This document shows, one piece after another, positions 11,334 to 24,392 of a DNA stretch of 64,000 bases. The position numbers and the translations under genes were made by a program. The DNA lies in assembly GCF_003918875.1 (NCBI RefSeq), contig NW_025767035.1:1488001-1552000 (forward strand), read 5' to 3'. The DNA comes from Haliotis rubra (taxonomy: Eukaryota). The notes beneath the pieces were generated by a model. The model was not told the origin of the DNA, did not search any database, and saw only the letters and a program-made list of their open reading frames with translations. Position 1 is the stretch's first letter. Each line of letters begins with the position of its first letter.

Positions 11334-13055
11334 TGTGCCTTCTGCCCAAAGACCCTGGAAATTGTTATGGTTACTTCCTTAAGTACTACTTCAACAGCAG
11401 GACGTGTCTCTGTGAGAAGTTCGTGTACGGAGGGTGTCCGGGGAATGCCAACAATTTCGACACTCTAGAGGACTGCAGGCGTAGATGTGGAGGTAGAGTA
11501 CTTTAAACCGTTGACTTTCCCAAAAATTGACAGGTTTTTGCCAAAGTGTGTTTCAACACTACACCGTCACCCGTCACTAGACACACGTCAGTCGTGATTG
11601 AACGATGTTCCGGCGCACTGTCTTGATCAAATATCGTTTTAACTGTTATTAAGTTCAATGATATTGCATTTTAAAGATCATTGTTATCATGTTAACTAAT
11701 TTTAATACACTGTTCCATAAAAGATAGTTTTGTTGTATGTTAAAGTGATTTTATTTTATGAGGTACTATTATCATAGCGAAGTTATGTTATTACCGCTAG
11801 AGAAGTTAGCTTTAATACGCACATGAATACGAATCAGCTATTAGAGGTCACAAGTCCTGTCACCGGGTGTTTTTTATTTCGTGGTTCTTTTTTTTAAATT
11901 ACATTATGGGTAATAAATAGAATAACCAACTCGGTACGAGTGATTACGGGAAATATGTCCTATATGTACCTCGCTGGTTATTCTTTAAGTAATATGATAC
12001 ATTGTATTGTGTGAAATACGTAAAGGTTGTTACTTACAAATAGCAATGGGGGTAACCACATCTTTAAAGCGTTCGCTCGTCACGCCGAAAGCCTGGGTTC
12101 GATAACGTGTTTATAACGTGGAATATTGCGTTTAGCACGCACTCACTCACTATATTACTAATTTTCGGCAAATTGTATTAAAATGACAGAGGTACTTCCA
12201 GTGATTGTATAATTACTCAAACACATTATGTCCGTAATGATAGACGTTTTAAGTTTCCCGAAACCATAGGTCTGTTTGTGTTGAGGTACATACACATCCC
12301 TCTTGATTATAATTAGTTGGACATAATGAGAATGATAGAATTCTTTAGTGTCTACTACTTCAGCACATCTAAAAGGGGATTACACCATGGAAATACAAAA
12401 ATGAATTAATATAAGAAGACAAATGATAATGATATTGAAAATATAGAAAAATACATGCAAGGAAAGACAACTTACAAGTTACTTCTTTCTAAACCTCTCT
12501 TTAGTATAATTCATTTTATGGTTACAGTGTTTCTCATTATTCTATTCATAATATTCTTTGTTTAGATCGGGGATAATCTACAGCGTCTTCTATTCTCCCT
12601 GTTTAGATGTACGATATAACAATAGAACAATATCATTATTTATAAATTTATGTTTCCCTGGCGCTTTCTTGTGTTTTATGTTGCTGTTTTGTGTGCGCGT
12701 GCGTGGTTGTAGTTGTGATGGTGGTGGTGTGGTCGTCATAGTGTTGGTGTGCTCGTCATGGTGGTTGTTGTTGTGGTGGTGGTCGTCGTCATGGTGGTGT
12801 GGGTGGCGTTAATCTTGGTAGCTCTTCAACACGTTTTAATACAACATATTCCTCTCCCTTTCGTGTCCAGGCGGTGTCCTCTGCAGCCTCCCCAGAGATC
12901 CGGGTCCTTGTGACGATGACATCCCCAGATGGTGGTACAACAAACGTACAAACAGATGTCAGAGATTCAGCTATGGAGGCTGTGAGGGGAACGCCAACAA
13001 CTTTAAAACACTTTACGAGTGTCGCTTCCAGTGTCGGAGAGGATGGGCATATTAA
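11334..13055 (+). CDS. K2: double-Kunitz gene, exons 11334-11492 and 12871-13055; signal-peptide exon not found
   Basis: Both exons are open and phase-1 compatible: [120 protein letters not shown] near 13128. Confidence 0.82.
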
Positions 13056-14924
13056 GGCTTACATATCCTTAAACAATGTGCAGCTGTAACGAGAGCGTCT
13101 GTCCAGAAAGATTTGGACGTTGTAACCAATAAAACTCAATTGGTGTAATTCCCAGTGTGTTTTGTGATATGTTGAGAACCCAAAGTCAACCGGTTGTTTA
13201 ATGAGTCAAATATTTCTTTGTGTTGGTGCTTCACTTATAATTTGCCTGTTATAATATACCTTTGCGACCGATACAATGAACATACACATAAATATGCCCT
13301 GGGTGAAGGTTCCTGCAATGATACATACTAATACTGAAAATAAACACTGTTCCCGGGATATAAATATCACAGGTAGTCCAATCGGAATTTATTTAAGCGC
13401 ACAGGGCGATTAACGGGATCGGTTTGTTGAAGCATGTCATCGTATTCCAAATGTCAGTAACTGTAGTCCCCTGTCCAGACTCGATTACAGACCTCCACCA
13501 TGTTGCTGGAAAATTGCTGTCTGCGGCGTTCAACAGCACACACTACCGGTATAAAGATGTCCTTGCTACCGAAACCTTGTTTTCGTAGTGCTTACTTTAG
13601 GGACGAAGACTTCCCCAAACGGTTCAGCTGTAGCTTCAATTTATTTCATAGACATTCATGCACGTACGTCCAGGCATATAAACATTATCGTAAAACCAGG
13701 TTTGATTCTGTTCAGTCAAGTTGAGGGTACACAGCCATATGGATAATCAAGACTATGAACAACGTGAAGCATTTCCACTCGGTCTAACCCTCCACATTTA
13801 AACAGTTATGTTATATCCATTCTGTATAATGGTCATACATTTTCAAACAAGCATCAGAATTACCTTCCCTTATTATGGAACAGGCTGGTTATGTGTCATG
13901 ATATGAATATCGCCTTTGTAATATTTCTAGTTAAAGAGTCATAATTTGGATGGGGTCGGTGGAGTAGCCGAGTGGTTGAAATGTTCTCTCTTCACGCCCC
14001 AAAACCGGGTTCTATTGACCATGTGTCAACAATATTCCAGCAATATCACGGCGGGGGGACACCAGAAATGGGCTTCACAAGTTGTACCCATGTGGGGAAT
14101 CGAACCCGGGCCTTCGGCGTGACGAGCGAACGCTTTAACCACTAGGCTACCCCACCGCCCCACTCCATGCCAGGTGTCCTCTGCCGTGATATTGCTGGAA
14201 TACCGCCAAACACGGCTAAAACGTCATAAACCCATACTCGCCTACGCACTCATTCATTCACTTAATGCATTAAAAACAAAATCACATGTGTGTGTGTGCC
14301 CGTGCGTGCGTGCATTAGAAAAAGTCTCCCCAATTCCAATAACACATAAGTTTATAATGACCTCACCGCGAAATATACAACTTCAGTGTTGAGGCGAAAG
14401 ATACAGTGTTGTTTTATGCCGTTGTTTCCATAAATCAGGTCTACAACGGCATGTAGATAGCAAATTTTTCATGAATCTTGTCAATCGTATCAAAGGGGCC
14501 TACTCCAAAGATGTAATGATCATTATGCAGCTTATGTGACAGAAATGTAATTTTTTACATTAAAGTATATATTTTTACTAACGATCGATTCGCGCGATAG
14601 CCAATTGTTGATAAACTAAATTCAATGCATTTTCCTTAACAATTTTGGACAGTTACAAAATGTATTATGCTATTTTGTAAGAAGTAATTTGTAAGCAACT
14701 GCCTTTAGCCCATATTTCAGTTACACCCTGAAAGACAAACAGGATGTTTTGGAGACATTTTTTTGCCACAGTCCAAATATTGATATTCATTATTCATAAA
14801 GTGCACTCCTATCTTCCACGCCAGCGTGCTGAGATGTAACACGGAAATGCGTCCACTGTCATGGGAAAAAATAATAATATATCATTTATAATTGTTGCAT
14901 GTGGCACGCAATGAAAGCAGACCC

Positions 14925-14977
14925 TATATAAATGTCCTCACTATACCTATGTGCATCCTGTTGCCCGACGTTTGCCG
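14925..14977 (+). promoter_or_regulatory. TATA box and short non-coding exon 1 of K3
   Basis: TATATAAA at 14925-14932 and GTAGGT donor at 14978; same arrangement at 21037 in unit 2. Confidence 0.65.
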
Positions 14978-15536
14978 GTAGGTTTGAAATATATTTCTGT
15001 TTCTCTCATGCAAGTGGCCATCGGCCTCATACTGATTCACGTTTCGTTTCGTTACTCTACAGTATTCAGCATTCAGCCTCAGTACTTCTTAAGTTTTCAA
15101 GTAATCATGTCCAGAACATGACGTACGATACAGTTATGTATACATAACTTGTATCCTAATGTATCTTGGCTTGTTAATGATGAGGTCACCGGTCGGGCAG
15201 GGTACACGTTTTCACCCCTCATTATTCGACAGTTTTCTTATGATATAGTTGAATTTGTAGTGGACTTTCTTGTGATTATGGAAAGGGTTTTGACGTGTCT
15301 ACTTGTATGTCATGCCACTGACTGGAATATATACACTCTTGTATATCTGTACACATCCGTATTCAACAGTCACACATCTCGTCATTTCCAAGGGACGCAA
15401 CTCTTGACAGTGCAGTGCCTCGCTTCAAACGACAATGCCACCCTTGTCCTTCTGCCAGCTGGGTTTGGTGTTGGTATTGGTTGGTCTGACCTCAGCTAAA
15501 TATCATGATGGTAAGTACACCTTTCCTAGTTACCTA

Positions 15537-15750
15537 TTCATTTATACTAATATTTGTATAGCGCCAATATCCAGCTCAGCTGCTCAAAGCGCTTTGTGTT
15601 TCCCTCTATCACTGGATGTCAATTGTATTTGCAATCCCAACTCCCTGGGGATTATAGAACTCATGCAGCCACTAGGCACACCAAGTTAATGTAGCTTTCC
15701 CATCCCTACAGGGTACCCATTCACAGCTGGGTGGACTGGGACACATAGCC
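15537..15750 (-). mobile_element. Deu/Nin-domain-like SINE with an L2-type tail (duplicate at ~21673-21886)
   Basis: Minus strand reads ccagtccacccagctgtgaatgggtaccctg ... aagcgctttgagcag..ggcgctatacaaata, motifs I recognise from Deu/Nin SINEs and L2 3' ends. Confidence 0.6.
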
Positions 15751-16428
15751 ACATAACTTTGTCCACGTTTTACTACACGTTGCCGAAACCGAAACTAGGT
15801 GTTTGCTCGTATTTATGTGGCCACCATCTGGTCAATTACCAACGAATCCGTGGGTTCTTTTTCAGTGCACAGTGTTGTGTACTGTACACTAGCGGTTGTG
15901 ACAACACCGAAAGAGTCAGCACACATAGTTCATTCCAAGATTTTTACACCCGGTAACAAGTGGAATATTTATCTTTGGGAAAGAATTTACCAGCCTCCGT
16001 CTTTAATTACAGGATGATTAGTGCTTCATGCACTGTTGGAAATTAATATACACACCGTGATTTCAGTGTGCCAGCTGCCCAAAGACCCCGGTCCATGCAG
16101 AGCGTACTTCCAAAAGTACTACTTCAACAGCAGGACGTGTCTCTGTGAGAAGTTCGTGTACGGAGGGTGTGGGGGGAATGCCAACAGATTCGAAACTCTG
16201 GAGGACTGCAGGCGTAGATGTGGTGGTAGAGTAATGTGTAGTAATATATGTCTATTCCTTACGTGGGTATACCGTGTTGAGCCTTAATATTCCTGGATAT
16301 GTCTCTGTGTGTGTGCGTGCGCGTGTGTGTGGAAATTTTGGGTTAGTTCGTTAGTTTGGGTTATTGATTCCTCACATGGGTATAACGTGTTGAGCCAGGT
16401 GTCCCCGCCTTGATATTCCTGGATACGT

Positions 16429-16584
16429 GGGGCGGTGGGGTAGCCCAGTGGTTAAAGCGTTTGCTTTGCTCACGCTTGCTCGATTCCCCACATGGGTACA
16501 ATGTGTGAAGCCCATTTCTGCTGTCCAACGCCGTGATAGTGCTGTAATATTGCTAAAAGCGGCGTAAAACCAAACTCAGTCAGT
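16429..16584 (+). mobile_element. SINE family 1 in the K3 intron (duplicate near 22565-22720)
   Basis: Full-length copy flanked by the direct repeat tcctggatacgtg. Confidence 0.9.
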
Positions 16585-18554
16585 CCTGGATACGTGTGTG
16601 TGTGTGTTTGTGAAAGTATGGGTTAGTTATTGTATGAGGAGGGTGGTGGTGGTGTTAATCTTGGTGGCTCTTCAACAGGTTGCATACATGTTTCTCTCCC
16701 CTCTAGGCGGCTACCTCTGCAGCCTCCCGTAAGATCCGTGACGGTGACTTCCCCAGATGGTGGTACAACAAACGTACAAACAAATGTCAGAGATTCATCT
16801 ATGGAGGCTGTGAGGGGAACGCCAACAACTTTCAAACACTTTACGAATGTCGTTTCCAGTGTCGGAGAAGATCGACATATTAAAACTTACATATCCTTAA
16901 ACTATATACAGTCGTAACACCGGCGTCTGTCCAGGAAGAATTGTACGTTGTAACCAATAAAACCTGTTTGAAGTAATTACAAGTGTGTTATGCTGAGTAC
17001 CCAAAGTCAACCGGTTCTTTATTAAGTCGAATATTTCTTTGTCTTGGTGCTTTACTTATAATTTGGCCTTTGCAACCGATACGATGATGCATGACAGAAA
17101 TATGCTCTTGATGAAGGTTAATCCAATGATACACACTGATAATACTCACTGCTCCCGCGACATGAATATCACAGGTATTACTGTGTAGTCCAATCGGAAT
17201 CTATTACAGTGCACAGGGCGACTAACGGGATCGGGTGGTTGAAGCAGGTCATCGTATCCCAGTTTCAATAATGGATGCTCATGATGTCGATCATTGAACT
17301 GTCTGGTCCAGACTCGAATACATGCAGCCGTCATGTGGCTGGAAAATTGCTGATGACGGCGTTAAACAACAAACAGTATTAAGAATTCCACCGGGCAGTC
17401 GGACAATTCTGTACTTGGGATGCAAACTGCATTTCGCAGTTGAGGTCCGCACATCTGTCATAGGGGACAGACAATGTCATGATATTACTGATTTCATTTG
17501 TTTTATATACATGTAAAAGGACATGGCTGTGTGCAGGACTATTCCAAATACGTTTCATAATTGTCATGTTTCCTTTATACATATTGGGTCGTAGCATGGA
17601 TGGCGCCAAAACCACATAGTGCAGATGGAACAGTGCTGAGTTCAACGTTAAACAACAAACAAACACTAAGAGATAAGCATCAAATACCTTTCTTTAGCCA
17701 AATGGGGACGGTGGGGTAGGCTCGTGGTTAAAGCGTTCGCTCGTCACGCTGACGACCCGGTTCTCTTCACCACATGGACAAACTGTGTAAAGCCCATTTC
17801 TGGTGACCCCGCCGTGATATTGCTGGAACATTGCTAAAAGTGGCGTAGAACCAAACTCACTCACTCACTCACTCTTTAGCGAAATACATGACGTTTATAT
17901 GTATACTGTACATGAATGTCAACAGAATAAGAGGTGATTCATTTTTAAGAACTTTTTTTTATTGTACGATCATATGAGACACAAAAATAATGAGAGGCGT
18001 AGGAACGCTTTTACCACTAGGGTACCCCAACGCACTTGTCATGAGGGATCATTACATCTGTAAAGAACACACCAAAAAGTAATTATACATAACTGATGTA
18101 TTTTTACGGAAGATGTATAATATATCATATAGAGTACTGTATAGTCATCTGTTTTGAAATCATTATTAAGTACAGTCTGTAAGTGTACATTATTACCTAA
18201 AATGATAATGAAATTACTGTACAAAACACTTGACTTAAAACACTTGGCATTTGACTTCAAACAAATTTCCAAGTCCTTGTTTGTAAACAGCTGACATGTA
18301 TGTCATTAAAGCGATCACAAAAATATATACACGAAGCGAAATTCTAACGTTATCCTTGATTTATTACTAGACAGAATGTCACTGAAAGTCCTTGTTACCC
18401 TTAGAGACCCCCACAAATCATGCTGTAAAACACTTTGGGCAACATTTAGGGTTTATAAAGCAGCGAGTCCTCTATTTGGATTGACATAACAAAAACATAT
18501 AAGAAAATATTGGCTTTTTCCAGATTTGCTCCAGAATATTCCTTTCGTGTCCAG

Positions 18555-18737
18555 GCGGTGTCCTCTGCAGCCTCCCCAGAGATCCGGGTCGTTGTGACGA
18601 TGACATCCCGATGGTGGCACAACAAACGTACAAACAGATGTCAGAGATTCAGCTATGGAGGCTGTGAGGGGAACGCCAACAACTTTGAAACACTTTACGA
18701 GTGTCGCTTCCAGTGTCGGAGAGGATGGGCATATTAA
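18555..18737 (+). pseudogene. Orphan duplicate of the K2 terminal Kunitz exon
   Basis: Near-identical to 12871-13055 but with a 2-nt deletion (atccc[ca]gatgg) that shifts the frame; lies at the duplication junction with no upstream exons. Confidence 0.9.
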
Positions 18738-21036
18738 GGCTTACATATCCTTAAACAATGTGCAGCTGTAACGAGAGCGTCTGTCCAGAAAGATTTGGAC
18801 GTTGTAACCAATAAAACTCAATTGGTGTAATTCCCAGTGTGTTTTGTGATATGTTGAGAACCCAAAGTCAAATATTTCTTTGTGTTGGTGCTTCACTTAT
18901 AATTTGCCTGTTATAATATACCTTTGCGACCGATACAATGAACATACACATAAATATGCCCTGGGTGAAGGTTCCTGCAATGATACATACTAATACTGAA
19001 AATAAACACTGTTCCCGGGATATAAATATCACAGGTAGTCCAATCGGAATTTATTTAAGCGCACAGGGCGATTAACGGGATCGGTTTGTTGAAGCATGTC
19101 ATCGTATTCCAAATGTCAGTAACTGTAGTCCCCTGTCCAGACTCGATTACAGACCTCCACCATGTTGCTGGAAAATTGCTGTCTGCGGCGTTCAACAGCA
19201 CACACTACCGGTATAAAGATGTCCTTGCTACCGAAACCTTGTTTTCGTAGTGCTTACTTTAGGGACGAAGACTTCCCCAAACGGTTCAGCTGTAGCTTCA
19301 ATTTATTTCATAGACATTCATACACGGACGTCCAGGCATATAAGAATGATCGTAACACCAGGTTTGATTCTGTTCAGTCCAGTTGAGGGTACACAGCCAT
19401 ATGGATAATCAAGACTATGAACAACGTGAAGCATTTCCACTCGGTCTAACCCGCCACATTTAAACAGTTATGTTATATCCATTCTGTATAATGGTCATAC
19501 ATTTTCAACAAGCATCAGAATTACCTTCCCTTATTATGGAACAGGCTGGTTATGTGTCATGATATGAATATCGCCTTTGTAATATTTCTAGTTAAAGAGT
19601 CACAATTTGGATGGGGTCGGTGGAGTAGCCGAGTGGTTGAAATGTTCTCTCTTCACGCCCCAAAACCGGGTTCTATTGACCATATGGGTACAATGTGTCA
19701 ACTCCATGCCAGGTGTCCTCTGCCGTGATATTGCTGGAATACCGCCAAACACGGCTAAAACGTCATAAACCCATACTCGCCTACGCCACTCGTTCATTCA
19801 CTTAATGCATTAAAAACAAAATCGCATGTGTGTGTGTGTGCCCGTGCGTGCGTGCGTTAGAAAAAGTCTCCCTAATTCCAATAACATATAAGTTTATAAT
19901 GACCTTACCGCGAAATAAACAACTTCAGTGTTGAAGCGAGTGATAAAGTGTTGTTTTATGCCGCTGTTTCCATAAATCAGGTCTATAAAGGCATGCAGAT
20001 AGCAAATGTTTCATGAATCTTGTCAATCGTATCAAAGGGGCCTACTCCAAAGATGTAATGATCATTATGCAGCTTATGTGACAGAAATGTAATTTTTACA
20101 TTAAAGTATATATTTTTACTAACGATCGATTCGCGCGATAGCCAATTGTTGATAAACTAATTTCAAAGCATTTTCCTTAACAATTTTGGACAGTTACAAA
20201 ATGTATTATGCTTTTTTGTAAGAAGTAATTTGTAAGCAACTGCCTTTAGCCCATATTTCAGTTACACCCTGAAAGACAAACATGATGTTTTGGAGACAGG
20301 TGACCCACGCGCGGTTTATTCTTAGAAATTCTCACTGATGGCGGATACAAGAACAAAAAGAAAGTATTTTTCAGTGTGTTTCTCTGTGTTATGGTTGTTT
20401 TGGAAAAGTAAGCCAGTTATGTTAAAGAAGTTCTGTCTACTGTGGGAGAGAACCCACCACCACGGGGAGAAGAGGATTTACACGGACAAAGAGTCACTGG
20501 ATGACTGAATCGGGATTCGAACCCAAGTCTGACGCTTCCAGAAATATGAAGGACGCACCTCTACACGTTTATCACAGGACACCTGACTACTCACTAATTA
20601 CAGGATGACATGAAACGATTCCTGAAGTGTTTGGGCTTGGCTTTGATGGCGTGATCTAGGACAACCTTCAGCAAACCATGTTTCGTGGGCATTGTATGCA
20701 TAATGGTTACTGAACACACACACATGCAGGCAAACACTTTCAAAGGCATAACTTGAAATGCAGGACTGTTTTGCTCGAATGGCATCACCTAAGGCAAGCA
20801 TGTGGCATTTCTTTTTCTTTCTTTTTTTTGTTGTTGCTATATTTATCTTTCTTATCTGTTTGGGTGGGGTGGGGTTGCCACAGTCCAAATATTGATATTC
20901 ATTATTCATAAAGTGCACTCCTATCTTCCACGCCAGCGTGCTGAGATGTAACACGGAAGTGCGTCCACTGTCATGGGAAAAAATAATTATATATCATTTA
21001 TAATTGTGGCATGTGGCACGCAATGAAAGCAGACCC

Positions 21037-21089
21037 TATATAAATGTCCTCCCTATACCTATGTGCATTCTGTTGCCCGACGTTTGCCG
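21037..21089 (+). promoter_or_regulatory. TATA box and non-coding exon 1 of K4
   Basis: TATATAAA at 21037-21044, then ccg|GTAGGT donor. Confidence 0.65.
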
Positions 21090-21570
21090 GTAGGTTTGAA
21101 AAATATTTCTATTTCTCTCATGCAAGTGGCCATCGGCCTCATACTGATTCACGTTCCTTTTCGTTACTCTACAGTATTCAGCATTCAGCCTCAGTACTTC
21201 TTAAGTTTTCAAGTAATCATGTCCATAACATGATTGACGTGTCAAAAGCCGACATGACGTACGATACAATTATGTATACATAACTTGTATCCTAATGTAT
21301 CTTGGCTTGTTAATGATGAGGTCACCGGTCGGGCAGGGTACACGTTTTTACCCCTCATTATTCGACAGTTTTCTTATGATATAGTTGAAGTTGTAGTGGA
21401 CGTTCTTGTGATTATGGAAAGGGTTTTGACGTGTCTACTTTCATGTCTTGCCACTGACTGGAATAGATACGCTCTTGTATATCTGTACACATCCGTATTC
21501 CCCAGTCACACATCTCGTCATTTCCAAGGGACGCAACTCTTGACAGTGCAGTGCCTCGCCTCAAACGACA

Positions 21571-23031
21571 ATGCCACCCTTGTCCTTCTGCCAGCTGGGT
21601 TTGGTGTTGGTATTGGTTGGTCTGACCTCAGCTAAATATCATGATGGTAAGTACACCTTTCCTAGTTACCTATTCATTCATACTAATATTTGTATAGCGC
21701 CAATATCCAGCTCAGCTGCTCAAAGCGCTTTGTGTTTCCCTCTATCACTGGATGTCAATTGTATTTGCAATCCCAACTCCCTGGGGATTATAGTACTCAT
21801 GCAGCCACTAGGCGCACCAAGTTAATGTAGCTTTCCCATCCCTACAGGGTATCCATTCACAGCTGGGTGGACTGGGACACATAGCCACATAACTTTGTCC
21901 ACGTTTTACTACACGTTGCTGTACCCGAAACTAGGTGTTTGCTCGTATTTATGTGGCCACCATCTGGTCATTTACCAACGAATTCGTGGGTTCTTTTTCA
22001 GTGCACAGTGTTGTGTACTGTACACTAGGGGTTGTGACAACACCGAAAGAGTCAGCACACATAGTTCATTCCAAGATTTTTACACCCGGTAACAAGTGGA
22101 ATATTTATCTTTGGGAAAAAATTTACCAGCCTCCGTCTTTAATTACAGGATGATTAGTGCTTCATGCACTGCTGGAAATTAATATACACACCGTGATTTC
22201 AGTGTGCCAGCTGCCCAAAGACACCGGTCCATGCAGAGCGTACATCCCACAGTACTACTTCAACAGCAAGACGTGTCTCTGTGAGAAGTTCGTGTACGGA
22301 GGGTGTGGGGGGAATGCCAACAGATTCGAAACTCTGGAGGACTGCAGGCGTAGATGTGGAGGTAGAGTAATGTGTAGTAATATATGTCTATTCCTTACGT
22401 GGGTATACCGTATTGAGCCTTAATATTCCTGGATATGTCTCTGTGTGTGTGCGTGCGCGTGTGTGTGGAAATTTTGTGTTTGTTCGTTAGTTTGGGTTAT
22501 TGATTCCTCACATGGGTATAACGTGTTGAGCCAGGTGTCCCCGCCTTGATATTCCTGGATACGTGGGGCGGTGGGATAGTCCAGTGGTTAAAGCGTTTGC
22601 TTTGCTCACGCTTGTTCGATTCCCCACATGGGTACAATGTGTAAAGCCCATTTCTGCTGTCCAACGCCGTGATAGTGCTGGAATATTGCTAAAAGCGGCG
22701 TAAAACCAAACTCAGTCAGTCCTGGATACGTGTGTGCGTGCGTGTGTTTGTAAAAGTATGGGTTAGTTATTGTATGAGGAGGGTGGTGCTGGTGTTAATC
22801 TTGGTGGCTCTTCAACAGGTTGCATACATGTTTCTCTCCCCTCCAGGCGGCGACCTCTGCAGCCTCCCCAAAGATCCGGGTCAGTGTGCGGCCGCTATCC
22901 GCAGATGGTGGTACAACAAACGTACAAACAAATGTCAGAGATTCATCTATGGAGGCTGTCCGGGGAACGCCAACAACTTTCAAACACTTTACGAATGTCG
23001 TTTCCAGTGTCAGAGAAGATCGACATATTAA
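21571..23031 (+). CDS. K4: intact secreted double-Kunitz protein, 139 aa; exons 21571-21646, 22203-22361, 22847-23031; resembles a Haliotis shell-matrix Kunitz protein
   Basis: [139 protein letters not shown]. All introns are phase-1 GT-AG; AATAAA at 23104. The similarity to the H. asinina shell protein is from memory. Confidence 0.95.
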
Positions 23032-24225
23032 AACTTACATATCCTTACACTATATACAGTCGTAACACCGGCGTCTGTCCAGGAAGAATTGTACGTTGTA
23101 ACCAATAAAACCTGTTTGAAGTAATTACAAGTGTGTTATGCTGAGTACCCAAAGTCAACCGGTTCTTTATTATGTCGAATATTTCTTTGTCTTGGTGCTT
23201 TACTTATAATTTGGCCTTTGCAACCGATACTATGATACATGACAGAAATATGCTCTTGATGAAGGTTACTCCAATGATACTCACTGATAATACTCACTGC
23301 TCCCGCGACATAAATATCACAGGTATTACTGTGTAGTCCAATCGGAATCTATTAGTGCACAGGGCGACTAACGGGATCGGGTGGTTGAAGCAGGTCATCG
23401 TATCCCAGTTTCAATAATGGATGCTCATGATGTCGATCATTGTATTGTCTGGTCCAGACTCGAATACAGACAGCCGTCATGTTGCTGGAAACTTGCTAAT
23501 GTCGGCGTTAAATAACAAACAAACAAACAGTATTAAGAATTCCGTACTTGGGATGCAAACTGCATATCGCAGTTGAGGTCCGTATATCTGTCATAGGGGA
23601 CAGACAGTGTCATGATATTACTGATTTCATTTGTTTTATATACATGTAAAAGGACATGGCTGTGTGCAGGACTATTCCAAATGTGTTTCATAATTGTCAC
23701 GTTTCCTTTATACATGTTGGGTCGTAGCATGGATGGAGCCAAAACCACATAGTGCAGATGGAACAGTGCTGAGTTCAACGTTAAACAACAAACAAATACT
23801 TTGAGATAAGCATCAAATACCTTTCTTTAGCCAAATGGGGACGGTGGGGTAGGCTCGTGGTTAAAGTGTCGCTCGTCACGCTGACGACCCGGTTCTCTTC
23901 ACCACATGGGCAAACTGTGTAAAGCCCATTTCTGGTGATCCCGCCGTGATATTGCTGGAATATTGCTAAAAGTGGCGTAAAACCAAACTCACTCACTCAC
24001 TCTTTAGCGAAATACATGACGTTTATATGTATACTGTACATGAATGTCAACAGAACTTTGTTTATTGTACGATCATATGAGACACAAATATAATGAGAGG
24101 CGTGGGAACGCTTTTACCACTAGGGTACCCCAACGCATTTGTCATGAGGGATCATTACATCTGTAAAGAACACGCCTAAAAGTAATTATACATAACTGAT
24201 GTATATTTACGGAAGATGTATAATA

Positions 24226-24392
24226 CTGACTGGCTGAGTTTGGTTTTACGCCGCTTTTAGCAATATTCCAGCAACATCACGGCGGGGGACACCGGAAATG
24301 GGCTTTACACATTGTACCCATGTGGGGATTCGAACCCGGGTCTTCGGCGTGACGAGCCAACCCTTTAACCATTAGGCTACCCCACCGCCCCC
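24226..24392 (-). mobile_element. Young SINE family 1 insertion specific to duplication unit 2
   Basis: 12-bp TSD agatgtataata; the empty site is present in unit 1 near 18110-18122. Confidence 0.93.

Larger units (their letters stand above)
15435..16883 (+). pseudogene. K3: double-Kunitz gene with disrupted last exon (exons 15435-15510, 16067-16225, 16707-16883); could encode an 86-aa single-Kunitz protein
   Basis: Signal exon and Kunitz 1 ([10 protein letters not shown]) are intact. The last exon has an in-frame TAA at 16730-16732 and an 8-nt deletion in the reactive loop relative to K2. Confidence 0.85.

Noticed and set aside
12799-13089. ORFs such as 12799-13089, 16630-16917, 22770-23108 and 2550-3002
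   Set aside because: Off-frame or intron-extended readings over real Kunitz exons.
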